DNA from: Octopus vulgaris
Taxonomy: Eukaryota
Length of the DNA: 64,000 bases
NCBI GenBank assembly: GCA_951406725.2
Contig: OX597814.1
Coordinates: 153,822,001-153,886,000, forward strand
Direction of reading: 5' to 3'
How positions within the stretch are numbered: position 1 is the stretch's first letter; each line of letters starts with the position of its first letter. Below the pieces are notes generated by a model that was given only the letters and a program-made list of their open reading frames with translations, searched no databases and was not told the DNA's origin. Shown here piece after piece: positions 36,709 through 49,390 of the stretch. Position numbers and translations under genes: made by a program.

Positions 36709-37846
36709 GAACAATCAAAATCAAATCATATATCAGAAAGCAGGGGTTAAGTGACCCATCTGTTCGTGTCCGCTGTCAGCCTCGTCTGGCACCCGTGCCG
36801 GTGATACGTAAAAGCACCATTCGCTCATGGCCGTTTGCCAGCTCTGCCTGGCCCCGTGTCGGTGGCACGTAAAAGCACCATCCGTTCGTGTTCGTTTCCA
36901 GCCTCGCCTGGCCCCGTGCCGGTGACACGTAAAAGCACCGTCCGTTCGTGGCCGTTGGCCAGCTCTGTCTGGCCCCGTGTCGGTGGCACGTAAAAGCACC
37001 ATCCGTTCGTGGCCGTTTGCCAGCTCTGTCTGGCCCCGTGTCGGTGGCACGTAAAAGCACCATCCGTCCGTGTCCGTTGCCAGCCTCGGCTGGCCCCCGT
37101 GCCGGTGACACGTAAAAGCACCGTCCGCTCGTGGCCGTTTGCCAGCTCTGTCTGGCAACCGTGTCAGTGGCACGTAAAAGCACCATCTGTTCGCGTCCGT
37201 TGCCAGCCTCGGCTGGCCCCCGTGCCGGTGACACGTAAAAGCACCATCTGTTCGTGGCCGTTTGCCAGCTCTGTCTGGCCCCGTGTCGGTGGCACGTAAA
37301 AGCACCATCCGTCCGTGTCCGTTGCCAGCCTCGGCTGGCCCCCGTGCCGGTGACACGTAAAAGCACCGTCCGCTCGTGGCCATTTGCCAGCTCTGTCTGG
37401 CAACCGTGTCGGTGGCACGTAAAAGCACCATCCGTTCGCGTCCGTTGCCAGCCTCGGCTGGCCCCCGTGCCGGTGACACGTAAAAGCACCGTCCGTTCGT
37501 GGCCGGTTGCCAGCTCTGTCTGGCCCCGTGTCGGTGGCACGTAAAAGCACCATCCGTTCGTGTCCGTTGCCAGCATCGCCTGGCCCCGTGCCGGTGACAC
37601 GTAAAAGCACCATCCGTTCGTGGCCGTTCGCCAGCTCTGTCTGGCACCTGTGCAGGTGGCACGTAAAAAACACCCACTACACTCGCGGAGTGGTTGGCGT
37701 TAGGAAGGGCATCCAGCCGTAGAAACACTGCCAGATCTGACTGGGCCTGACGAAGCCTTCCAGCTTCACAGACCCCAGTTGACCCGTCCAACCCATGCTA
37801 GCATGGAAAACGGACGCTAAACGATGATGATGATGATGATGATGAT
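35797..37846 (+). mobile_element. 5'-truncated RTE LINE (copy 2) with expanded 3' UTR minisatellite
   Basis: High identity to 26933-27843; (GAT)n tail followed by (TA)n. Confidence 0.95.
36757..37672 (+). repeat. GC-rich minisatellite, about 15 x ~61 bp, with higher-order structure
   Basis: cacgtaaaagcacc recurs every 60-62 bp; alternating unit types; 245-bp periodicity (37009 vs 37254). Confidence 0.95.
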
Positions 37847-37860
37847 ATATATATATGTGC

Positions 37861-37933
<73 letters not shown>

Positions 37934-37999
37934 GTGCTGAAATGTTTTTATAAAATTATTTTAGCATTTTTTACCTTGACTTTTTTTCCATATATATAT

Positions 38000-38392
38000 A
38001 TTGATAGAAATGGTAAGACAACAAAAGAATGAAAGAGACCTTGATATTATGTAAATAGAGGAATTTATCTGTAAGTGTAATATGTGACAATTATTTGGTA
38101 GCCATGATAAAACTCCGAGTTTCGGATGTTTAATTGTAACATATTACATTTACAGATATATATATAAATATATATATATAAACTTGGGCACAAAAAATTC
38201 AGGGTGAATACTTGATAACTGTAAGCACCTGTATATGCCAGTTCGTGGTGTAGGTGATAGGGTATATTTATCAAAAGAAAAACAGGATGCAAAGGATTTA
38301 GCGGTACATATGTTTCTGGCTTTATTAGCGGTACATAATAAAGCCAGAAACATATGTACTGCTAAATCCTTTGCATCCTGTTTTTCTTTTTC

Positions 38393-38432
<40 letters not shown>

Positions 38433-38575
38433 TCCTCATATTTCTTTCTGTTGAAGAGTATAAGCTTGGAATGTAAAAGACTTTCTCACTTTCCTGAGCG
38501 TCAAAGTAATATACCTCCTTGTTGTTCATACACCTGACTTCGTCTTTTGCTTTTCTGTAAATTTCAACTATATAT
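38000..38575. mobile_element. Cluster of Penelope-like pLTR remnants separated by (TA)n
   Basis: Palindrome at 38273-38390 containing GAAACATATGTA; degenerate hammerhead at 38444-38479; minus-strand ccgaaactcggagt at about 38112-38125. Confidence 0.6.
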
Positions 38576-39078
38576 ATGTGTATGTGTGTGTGTAGAGAGA
38601 GAGAGATGCATGTATATACAACAAGCTTCAGTTTCTGTTGACCGAATTCACTAAAAGGATTTGGTTGGTCTGAGGTTGTAGTACAAGACACTTGCCCAAG
38701 GTGCCATGCAGTGGGACTGAATATCGAAATAAGTGGTAGAGAATCAAACTTCTTACCACACAGCCATACCTGAGACAATCTGTCTTTTCAGATTTCATTA
38801 ATATTTCACCAGCTATCATATAAAGTGAAGCAGAAAGCTAAATGAAGTTTAGTAGTCAAGTAGTTTAGTTGTTGTGATTTCAAGTTGACTGGAATAAACT
38901 TAACTGGAATACAAGTTAACTGGAATAAAAACTACATTTTCTTAGTACCAAAAGATCTTGGAGACAAAACATCAAATCAGCAATACCAAACAGGTGAAGC
39001 CAAAACATTTCGTACCAGAAAAGATACCACCACAAGAAACCTGTTCAACCTATGTCAGCATGGAAAAGCATGCATAAA

Positions 39079-39094
39079 ATGATGGAGATGATGA

Positions 39095-39128
<34 letters not shown>

Positions 39129-39159
39129 GGTGGTGGTGGTGGTGATGGTGATGATAGTG

Positions 39160-39216
<57 letters not shown>
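39079..39216. repeat. Compound (GAT)n(GGT)n(ATT)n microsatellite
   Basis: Seen directly; begins as the tail of a short RTE 3' fragment at about 39045. Confidence 0.97.
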
Positions 39217-39220
<4 letters not shown>

Positions 39221-39889
39221 TATACTTACAAAGCATTAGACAGTTGAGTCTGCTACAGTAGACACATACCCTCCTGGAATGCTGTACAGTGGGATCAAAC
39301 CCAGAACTATACAGTAGCAAAGAAAACTTCTTAACTACACAGCTATGCCTGCACCTATACACAATTATATAAATTATTGTGGTTTGCTCAAAAAGCTGAA
39401 ATTGAATATTTATTTGCTTTGACAGCAAACTTCAAGCTAAACTGTGCATTAATTCCTTTAATCTCTCTCAGAGTTAAGGATTTATCTTTTGCAGCCTATC
39501 AGTAGGGAAGGACTGATGACAGATGTCTCTAAGGACATAGAAATGTTATCTTTTCTATTTCTCTTTGATGTTTTCTTCTGAAATTTAATTCAATTCTCTC
39601 AAGTTGTATCATCATCATCAGGTATAGAGCTTAACCTCTTGCTACTGTTTATTATTCATTTACTAGTTTCAGTTATTTGGCTATGGCCAAGGTGTAGCAC
39701 CACTTCTAAGAGTTTGTAGAATCAATCTTACTGATCTTAGAACTTATTTTTTCCATTCCTATTTATCAAACTGCTAAGTTACAGAACAGAAAAAGACACA
39801 ATAGAAACAACACCGGTTTTTAGACTTACTTAAACATGAACCTTGGACATACACACAGAAATACACACATGTGCAAGCACACATGCAGA

Positions 39890-39944
<55 letters not shown>

Positions 39945-40089
39945 AGTCAAGGTTATTGTTTTTGAAGCAAATTTTAAAATAGTAACCACAGAACCTCTTC
40001 TGATGAGAAGGTTTATAATAACATTCATTTTCACTGGAACTGACAATTTATTGAACTAAAATGGTTAAACAAGCTGCCAGGCAAAACTT

Positions 40090-40650
40090 CCCTCAACCAC
40101 ATGATTCCAGGTTCAGTCCTATTGTGTGGCACCTTGGTCAAGTGTCTTCTACTATAGCCTTGAGCTGACCAAATCTTTGTGAGTGGATTTGGTAGATGGA
40201 AACTGGAAGAAGCCTGTCATATATATACATATCTATGTGTGTGTGTGTTTTTCTGTCTATGTCCCTCATCACCACTTGACAACTGGTGTTGTTTTGTTTA
40301 CATCCCCATAACTTAGCGATTCAGCAAAAAGAAATAAGTACTGGTGTTGAGTTGTTCTACAAAAAAATTCTTCAAGGTAGTGCCCCAGCATGGCCACACA
40401 GTCTAATGACTGATAAAAGAAAAGATAAAAGATAAGGCAAGCTGGTAGAATTGGTAGCTTATTGGACAAATGCTTAGTGGCAATTTCTTCTGGCTCTTTA
40501 TGTTCCAAGTTCAAATACTACTGAGCTCGACTTTGCCTTTCCTCCCTCTGGGGTTGATAAAATAAGTACTAGTGGAATACTAGAGTTGATGTAATCAACT
40601 TTTATCTTCCCATTAGAATTGCTGGCTTTGAGCTAAAATTTGAATCCATT
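40090..40650 (+). mobile_element. SINE family A (40090-40433) directly followed by SINE family B (40434-40650)
   Basis: Homology to both families. Confidence 0.82.
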
Positions 40651-41191
40651 AAGGTTGTTAGATGCTGGTCAAAACATTTCAGCTATTACAACCTTATGTA
40701 TGACAAGTCCTTCTTTTTCTTAAGGTGGTAGAGTGTGATTTGTGGGATATTTGTCTGCTATTTCTAGCAGGTTGTGCAATCTCATTGGCTTGACCATGCT
40801 TCTTTTGTAGCAGAGGCAGGAAGATCAAGAAAGATTTGATGACAAATTGAAGCATTCACAGAAAGTCAATATGTTTGGTTGTTCTAATGATTGAACAGTA
40901 AAACATTTCCAGTTCTTAGTCTTTAACTGAGAGAAGAGAACAACCAAAGTGTTTGTTATTCGCTGTCTATTCTCACTTGAAATGCAAGTACTGGAAATGT
41001 TAAATTTTCCACTCTTCATAGTAAACAAGTGACATTCTATAAACGCTCATTTGGATTAATTGTAGCTGGTTTTAGAGTTTCTCCTTAATGGTAAATAAGT
41101 TAGGTCTCGCAATATTGGATCCCTCAGTATTATGACAAAGGACTAAAACATGAGAAGAAATGAGACAAAGAAGAGAACAAGAGGAGGGGAG

Positions 41192-41309
41192 AGAAGAAGA
41201 AGAAGAAGAAGAAGAAGAAGAAGAAGAAGAAGAAGAAGAAGAAGAAGAAGAAGAAGAAGAAGAAGAAGAAGAAGAAGAAGAAGATGATGATGATGATGAT
41301 GATGATGAT
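41192..41309. repeat. (GAA)n(GAT)n microsatellite
   Basis: Seen directly. Confidence 0.98.
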
Positions 41310-42705
41310 ACATTTGTATTACACAACTGCACTGTTTATCAGTCCAATAGTAATTCCAGAATATCTACAAGCACATTACATTAGATTTAGAAAAATATAT
41401 TAGGAGTCAATAAAAAAAAAGGGTTGTTCATCTTCTTTATTTTATGACAGCCCAGCATGAGTTCAGAGATTCTTTGAAATCCACTACCAGTATATTCTAT
41501 GGTGTTAGGCATTCCAGTGGATATTGCTGCTGTTTATGCAACCAAGCCTTACAGCTGCATCTGCTCTTGCAGCCCAATAACTACAGAGATATAAGCTTTT
41601 ATGTATGAGTTGATCAGCTAGATGACAAAGTGTAACCTTTACAATGAACTTGCTCATAAAAGAGACACAAATAATTGGATTGTAATTAGATGGAACTTCA
41701 AAACCCAGGTATTCTTTTTATTGTAAGTGTGATGCTGTTTCAAGATATCTGTGGGGAGATTGTTTTTTCAAGATTAGGAAGAAGGTTGGAAGAAGGTTAT
41801 GATCGGTGGATGATTATATAAGAAAAGAATTTCTCTAAATTCTTTCCATCAGAGAAATCTAAGTTGTTTAGACTTGATAAAATATCTGACAGGCATGATT
41901 GCTCTTTTATGTGTTTATAGTCATAAACCAAGAACAAGAACACTATTTTTGAAGAACGCAGATTTCTTTGTGTGATATTTCAAGAATATTGGGATGTAAT
42001 AAGTGTCAAGCGAGTGCAATTATTGTCATATTAATTAATGAGATTATTTTACCTGTAAGAACAACAAATGATAATAGCATCGAAACAAAGGAACAAGAAA
42101 TTTTCCACAGTAACTCAATGTGCTAGAAATAAGAGCCAAATCTCCCTTAATTTACAACCTACCATCTCAAATAAAGTGAGGTAAAATGGACAGTGTAGTC
42201 ATCATTGTAATCCCTTGAATACAAAATCATGTGAGGATCATGTTTGAAATACCTTTAATCAAAGCTCCCATGGATCAGCGATAACCAGGTGTTCATCAAC
42301 AACATTGATAACGATGCCAGCACTAGGGTTGAGTACCAGAGAGGAATAATTGTTTTAACTTATCAGGAAAATGTTAGTAATGCTATTTTTATGGCTTCTG
42401 TTTCAGTTATCATAGATAATGAAAATTAGAGCCATAGGGAAATACAAAGTTAAAATAAAGAAGGCTTAATATATTCTTGTTCAAAGGAAAAAAAAAAAAA
42501 ACAACAAACAACAGCTAAGAGGTATTACATACTGATTAAAGGTTAGAGACTGAAAGTCAGGGTCGTTTATCTTCTATCTTTTACATGTTTCAGTCATTGA
42601 GCCATGGTTATGTTGAAGCACTACCTTAAAATGTTTAGTCAAACAAATCAAACTTAGCATTTATTTCTGGGGTTTTTTTAAAGTTTGGTATGTATTCTAT
42701 CAATT

Positions 42706-42737
<32 letters not shown>

Positions 42738-42740
<3 letters not shown>

Positions 42741-43113
42741 CTTGTTTCAGTCATTTGACTGTGGCCATGCTGGAGCACCACCTTTTAGCTGAGCAAATCG
42801 ACCCCAGGACTTATTTTTTGTAAGCCTAGTACTTATTCTCTCGGTCTCTTTTGCCGAACTGCTAAGTTACGGGCATGTTAACATACCAGCATCAGTTGTC
42901 AAGCGATGTTGGGGGGACAAACACACATACACATACATATATATATATATACATATATATGACGGGCTTCTTTCAGTTTCCGTCTACCAAATCCACTCAC
43001 AAGGCTTTGGTCGGCCCAAGGCTATAGCAGAAGACACTTGCCCAAGGTGCCACACAGTGGGACTGAACCCGGAACCATGTGGCTGGTAAGCAAGCTACTT
43101 ACCACACAGCCAC
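42738..43113 (-). mobile_element. Young SINE family A copy nested in an older family A copy (about 42575-43200)
   Basis: High identity to 6014-6445, (TAAA)n tail; the older copy resumes at 43114. Confidence 0.88.
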
Positions 43114-43221
43114 TCTGAACTGTTAAGTTACAAAGACGTAAACAAACCAACATCAGCTGTTGGGCAATAGGGAAACAAATGCAAGACACACATACACATG
43201 CAAACATACATACATATATAT

Positions 43222-43895
43222 ATTTTGAAACACCACTACATCACATATGAAAAAGGACATATCCTTAAGAGTTCCAGACCCTACTTCGCTGATTTCTGCA
43301 TTAATATTCCCCTTCAGTTGCATCAGAGTTTCCAATTTGTTTATGTAAACCCTCTGTTTCAAGTATCCCTACCAGAAAAATCCAGGCTAGTCAAGTCTGG
43401 GGAATGTGAAGGCCATTCAGAGTAGACCTCACACATGGTTCCAGCAGGATGGGGCAACTGCTCATACCGCAAGAGAAACAATGCAGTTGTTACGGCAGTG
43501 CTTTGGAGAGAGAATAATCTCCTGATACAGCAATATCAACTGGCCTTCACATTCCCCAGACTTGACTAGCCAGAGAGGGTTTACATTAACAAACTGGAGA
43601 CCATGGTGCGACTGAAGGAGAACATCAATTGAGAAATCAGAGAAGTAGGGTCTGAAACTATTGAGGGTGTTATGGTGCAAGTTTTGGAAAGAGTATGGGC
43701 GTACAAAGCTGAAAATGGCTGCCATTTAAGTGGTGTCCTTTTTCATATGTGATGTAGTGATGTTGCAAAATTTGACTCGTGCATTATTAATTCCCATTAC
43801 GTCCTTTATATTGTATCAAAATTTCATGCATTTATTTGTAATTTTTAAAGAAATTAATAAAAATTGAAACCCATCAGTGATTTTGGGACACCCTG
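43222..43895 (+). mobile_element. Fold-back DD41D Tc1/mariner derivative
   Basis: Plus strand WFQQDGATAHTARETM...NWPSHSPDLTS; inverted copy of the 3' part at 43222-43415; ends ttttgggacaccctg-TA. Combining both arms gives a D-41-D spacing. Confidence 0.88.
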
Positions 43896-45639
43896 TACTG
43901 CATGCACTTACATTCTGTAGTAATTCCTCATCACCACCTTCCTTGCTGCTTTCTTTGTTCAAACCTTTTGCAGTTTAATAGTAACTTAATAGCAACTCCT
44001 GACTCAGCATCTTACTTCCTAGAACATCACTTTACAGGCTTGTACTCTGTTTATCATTTTTTTTTCTTTTGCACTGCTATAACATATAGTTTTGTGAAAT
44101 GAATACACATAAAATTATTCCTATTTTGTGTTCCAATGTTCATTTTAAGCTTGAATAACTTTGTTAAGCAGTAACTACTATTATTTCTTCTCTGCCAATG
44201 AAACTCAGTTCTGCCTGATGAATTTAGCTTTATATCTTCTGCTTTCCCTGCCCACATTCTAAAACACCCTTTCTCTAATGAATTGTGCTGGAACACAATA
44301 CAAGTCATAAAATTACTTCTTTCTAATTACCAAGCTAAAACTATTAAATAGCTGTAAAAAAACAATGGAAGCAAAGTTTAATAAAATTTTAATTGTATTT
44401 GAAAAATGAAAAAAAAAAAGATAAATAAATATAGTAATTATAAAAAAAATAATAAAGCAGGCTAAAATTTCTGACTGAATGAGATGATTTCTATTTCTTG
44501 CCAGATCAAAGCAAATTTATGTTGTTAATTCATAGAAGCCCATTGTTTTATTATTAGATTGTTTGCAGAGTGCTTTCATAGTGTAAAAAATTGTTAGGTT
44601 TTTTTTCTCAACATAGTCTTAATTTTTTTTTTTATTATTATGATAGAAAGGAAGAGATATTTATGTCAGAAACAAGATAGTAAGGTGACAAAAATTAATA
44701 AGAAGGGGTGTTCATTTATTTTCAAAGGACTAATAGAAAGAAAATGGCTATTTATATGAAGAGTGTAACAGCAAGAAACAGTCAGTTGTCCCTTATTGAA
44801 AAAGTAAAATAGCAAGGAAAAAAAATTTTGAAAAGTAAGACATAAATAGAAATAATTAATATTTATCTGAAAAGAGAAATAACAAGAAGGAATGGTTGTT
44901 TATCCAGCATGAGACAGCACGCAGAAAATATATTTACATGAAAAGACAGCCAGCAAGATAAGATAGTTTCTTTTTTACATTACAGGAGAGTTTGAAAAAA
45001 ATTTCTAGTGTTTTCTTTGAGATGAATGACAACAGACACAACAGAGAGGATGATGATAAAAACAAAGTAAAGAAAACTCCATTTTTGCTTAACCCTTTCC
45101 TGACTGTTTTTCTAATGAGTAGACTACCAGTGTTTCAATAAAATTCTCAAAAGAATCAAGATTTGGAGAGTTCAGTTAAATATCTGTAACTTTATATATT
45201 GGCATATATTATTGGCCTTGACCAACTGGAATATCTCATCACATTTATGCTATAATAAAATCAACCTACATTTTAATTTTATTACAAATGCTTTATAGCA
45301 CATGTCACCTAAGGTGGATTTGTTAAGAAGAAAATTATTTATCTAAACAAGCTTTGCTTTCTAACACAGAAAACCTAATTTGGTGAAATTGTCTTTTTAT
45401 GTTTAAGAATTTAATAGCATGGCACTACTTCTTTAGAACTACCAATAACAACATACAAGGGAATGTGAAGGAATATTTTGTATAGTTCATTGTGGAGCAA
45501 TGAACAAAAATTTCAATAAAATCTGAAGATTAATTTGAAGGAGTCAATAAAACCAAGCAAAACCAAAAGTTACTGTTGCTGTTATTTAGACTCAAATCAG
45601 CTTTAATTGAATAGCTCTATGATCAAAGACATCTTTTGT

Positions 45640-45802
45640 TTTTTACTTCTTTCAGTCAATGGATTGCAGCCATGCTGAAGTGCCACTTTGAAGGGCTTTA
45701 ATTCAACAAATCGACCTTAGTACTTATTTTTTAAGACTGGTACATATTCTATTGGTTTCTATTGCTGAATTGCTAAGCTACAGGGATGCAAACAAACCAA
45801 TA

Positions 45803-45841
<39 letters not shown>

Positions 45842-45990
45842 ATACATGCATGACAGGTTTTCACAGTTTCTGTCTACCAAATTTATTCAATGCTATAATG
45901 GAAGATACTTGTCCAAGCTGCCACACTGTGGGACTGAACCTAAAACCATGTAGTTGCAAAGCAAGCTTCATAACCATACATCCATGCCTG
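45640..45990 (-). mobile_element. SINE family A, diverged
   Basis: Reverse-complement homology to 449-858. Confidence 0.78.
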
Positions 45991-46254
45991 TGCTTATCCA
46001 TTTTTTCCACTTACATAATGCAGTGTGCCTCCATTACTACGCTATCCTGTATACCTTTCTGCTTTTAAGACTGTAGGGTGTAGTTTGACAGATGTTTGGC
46101 TACTTTTTCTATCAAGTCCAGTGATCACATGGAGGCGCCATTATTAAAACTAATAGTGGAAAGATAATGTAAAATACCAGAGAAGAAATTAAACTAAAAA
46201 ACCATGAAAAAAGTGAAGAAATCTTTCTTTTAACAATTAGTATTACTGCGCCGC

Positions 46255-46594
46255 CTTACTGGCACCTGTGCTGGCGACACGTGAAAAACATTCAAGTGAG
46301 GTCATTGCCAGTGCCGCTGGACTGGCTCCTGTGCAGGTGGCACATAAAAGGCACCATTTGAGCGTGGCCGTTGCCAGTACCACCTGACTGGCCCTCATGC
46401 TGGTGGCATGTAAAAGCACCCACTACACTCTCCAGAGTGGTTGGCGTTAGGAAGGGCATCCAGCTGTAGAAACTCTGCCAGAATTGATTGGAGTCTGATG
46501 CAGCCATCTGGTTCGCCAGACCTCAGTTAAATCGTCCAACCCATGCTAGCATGGAAAGAGGACACTAAATGATGATGATGATGATGATGATGAT
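46255..46594 (+). mobile_element. RTE 3'-tail repeat with three module units
   Basis: gtgcaggtggcacataaaaggcacc units, ggaagggcatccagc and (GAT)n. Confidence 0.88.
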
Positions 46595-47213
46595 GGGGTT
46601 TTGCCCATTTTTCATTGTACATCGATTTCTTTATGCTGTCATTATTTAACCAGGTCTCTGCCTCAATAAAAACCCAACTGGACCAGGTCTATAAATCTGT
46701 AGCAGGTCTCTGTTTGACTGGAAACATGACAAAACACCAAGTGACATACAGAGCAAACAAGTATAGAAGTGAATGTGAAACCCAGTTGATATGTGTGTGT
46801 AAATGAACAAAATTTCTCAGATTGAGTAGTGATGTCACTAAAAATCTGACCAATCAAACTGTAAGAAATACACTAGATTTTCAAGTGTTGACTTTGCCAC
46901 ATATCTGTCTCGTCAAATTTGTACTGGAGCAGATTTGGAGACAAGGAGGGAAGGAGTTTGATTAGCAGGTTACATTTCAGGAACTTAGTGATCTTGACAG
47001 TCTCCCCTGAGATGACTATCAAAATGCTGAATTCTAAACAGAACAGTCAACTTTAACACATTCACAACTTTTACATACATATTTTAAAATTTCTTTCTGG
47101 ACAAATATTCTTCCATTATGAACAACACTTTCAAATCTCCTTTGTTTCACTAGGGATGGTCATATTTTGCCAATTAAACACACGCACTATATATCTGGTC
47201 TTCACTTCAGCTT

Positions 47214-47450
47214 TCATCATCATCATCATTTAACGTCTGTTATCCATGTTGGCATGGGTTGGACAGTTTGACCAGAGCTGATAAGCTGAGGGCTGCACCT
47301 GGCCCCAGCCTGATTTGGCATGGTTTCTATGGCTGGACATCCTTCCAAACACCAACCACTCCAAGAGTGAAATGTGTGCTTTTACATGCTGCCAGCATGG
47401 GTGCCAGGTGCATGACACCAGTATCTGCCATAACTATGATTACACTTGGC
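47214..47450 (-). mobile_element. RTE 3'-tail repeat
   Basis: (CAT)n tail and family motifs. Confidence 0.82.
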
Positions 47451-47766
47451 TTTTATAATTATTTTAGTTTCTATGTCAAAGCTCTTTTGTCACACATTGG
47501 TTTCTTTTCCTTGAAACAGTAGTGTTCCTTTGAAATTATTAACCGTAAAACAGATGAAGAAGCTAAAACTGAAGACCACGTTTTTCATTCATCTGACATC
47601 ACATTACATTACTGTTAAAACTCTTTTAGAGATACTTGATCTATCTAAAGTAGTGAAGTATTTTTATATGTGCAAAACAAATAATCTTGCTGTGAAATGA
47701 AAATTCTCAGAAGATATACAGCAAGTTGCACATAGAACAAACAAACATAGAAAGGAACCTCTACAT

Positions 47767-48077
47767 CAGTGGTTTCCAAAGTGGGTATTACTGGCTCCTT
47801 GCTGCTTTCCTAGGGGTAGTGGAAAGATCCAAAGGTGGGAGGGGTTGGGGCATTGAAGAAAAGTTGGGTGATAATGGGGTGGCCAAAAGGGGGTGATAGA
47901 TGTAAAACAACAAAATACTGGGTTAATTAGTTTAGATTTTTATTTGTGAAATGCAGTTGTTTTGAATTTGCTGCAGGAAGTGGTCTATATCTGTGGTGGT
48001 GAGTTGGAGTGAGGGGCACTAGGAATATGACCCGGGTGTTAAAGGAGCAGCAGTCCAAAAAAGTTTTGGATCCACTA
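47767..48077. mobile_element. hAT (Charlie-like) MITE
   Basis: TIRs cagtggtttccaaa / tttggatccacta and perfect 8-bp TSD ctctacat. Confidence 0.88.
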
Positions 48078-48397
48078 CTCTACATGATCATTAGAGCAAT
48101 TTGAAACAGCTTCTTGAAATGTAGAAGCAGAGATGAGGTGGAAGAAAAACTGGGTGTAAGAGGAATCAGTTGTAGTGTGCAAGAGAGATAGCTAGCTCAT
48201 ACAGATCTGTAATATATATGGAGGATGACAGATGGGTGAAGAAGTGCCAAGTGATTCATGAGGAAAGAAGAAGTCACTCCAAATTCTGGTCCACAGATAA
48301 AAAGTCTCCTTACATTACCTTTCTACTATAGTGAATAAGGTGTTTAGCAAGTCTCCTGCCATCTCAAACTCTCCTAATTCATTCATTTCCTCTCCTC

Positions 48398-48848
48398 TTA
48401 TTACTGCCTCTCCCTTAGCAAAGGTGGAGGTATTGTTTTCAATCGTGTTCCTTTGTTTGTTTGTCTGTGGACAAGATATCTCAAGAACCACTGGATGGAT
48501 TCGAATGAAACTTTCAGGGATGCTTGGCTTTGTAATTAGCATGAACTAATTAGATTTTGTGATTGATCTAGTACTGGACAAGGATTCTGGATTATTTTTC
48601 TTTTTTTTTTCTTAATTTTTAAGAATTAAGAAAAAAAAAAGAAAAATAATCCAGAATCCTTGTCCAGTACTAGATCAATCCCAAAATCTAATTAGTTCAT
48701 GCCAATTAGTTCGTTTTTAGTATTCTCGTTTGTGAGAGCAGTTGAGTTTATTTCAAATATTCTCATTTTAAAAATCATCTCTGGCTAATCATTGAGAGGA
48801 CATTGGTGTTGTCTTGGCAGAGGTTTGGGCTCCCTGAGTGCTCTTGTT
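48398..48848 (+). mobile_element. Helentron-associated (HINE/DINE-1-like) non-autonomous element with internal palindrome
   Basis: 5' ttattac..cctc..ggagg hairpin, (gttt/gtct)n, ggatggatt..atgaaactt, 3' cttggcagaggttt...ctgagtgctcttgtt; family assignment is by resemblance. Confidence 0.65.
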
Positions 48849-48927
48849 CATATTGTATCTGTTTCACAGGCTTCATATAAACCACTACAGCCAGTTCTTC
48901 CATCTCAAAATGTCAGCCCTCTGGAAT

Positions 48928-49128
48928 TACTCGTTTCAGTCATTAGACTGCAGCCATGCTGGGGCACCACTTTGAAGAATTTTTAGTCAAACGAATCAAC
49001 CTTTGTACTTACTGTTTCTAATTCTGATACTTATTCTATCAGCCACTTTTGCCAAACTGCTAAGTTATGAAGATGCACACACACCAACACTGGTTGTTAA
49101 GCAGTAGAGGAGAACAATCACAGACAGA

Positions 49129-49164
<36 letters not shown>

Positions 49165-49310
49165 ACTTCTTTCAGTTTCCATCTGCCAAATCCACTCACG
49201 AGGCTTGAAACTATAGCTGAAGACACTTACCCAAAATGCCATGCAATGGGACTGAACCCAGAACTGTGCGATTGGGAAGCAAACCTTTTACCTTACAGCC
49301 ATGCCAATGC
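48928..49310 (-). mobile_element. SINE family A
   Basis: Reverse-complement homology to 449-858. Confidence 0.85.
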
Positions 49311-49326
49311 CTAAATAATAGAGCCA

Positions 49327-49390
49327 TTCCCATGCTGGAAATTGAACCCAGGTTGCCTGGGTGAAATGAATCTTAACCACTAGCTTATGT
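49327..49390 (-). pseudogene. Degenerate tRNA-Glu(TTC)-like sequence
   Basis: Minus strand tagtggttaagattc..tttcacccaggcaacctgggttcaatttccagcatgggaa resembles metazoan tRNA-Glu; anticodon arm partly deleted and acceptor stem broken. Confidence 0.65.

Noticed and set aside
36757-37672. CRISPR-like regular array
   Set aside because: No unique spacers, no cas genes, eukaryotic context; it is a tandem repeat inside a LINE 3' UTR.
36733-37791. 352-aa and overlapping repetitive ORFs
   Set aside because: By-product of a GC-rich minisatellite with few stops; the unit length shifts frame and there is no domain signal.
41451-41602. Possible plus-strand exon (ttttatgacag acceptor, ~50 open codons, gtatga donor)
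   Set aside because: No recognisable protein similarity and no partner exons; expected by chance. RNA-seq would be needed.
42040-42080. Possible recursive splice site on the minus strand (ttgttgttcttacag|gtaaaa)
   Set aside because: Weak donor, single instance, and no evidence of the transcribed strand.
49327-49390. Functional tRNA-Glu gene
   Set aside because: Anticodon arm deletion and unpaired acceptor stem; kept only as a pseudogene.
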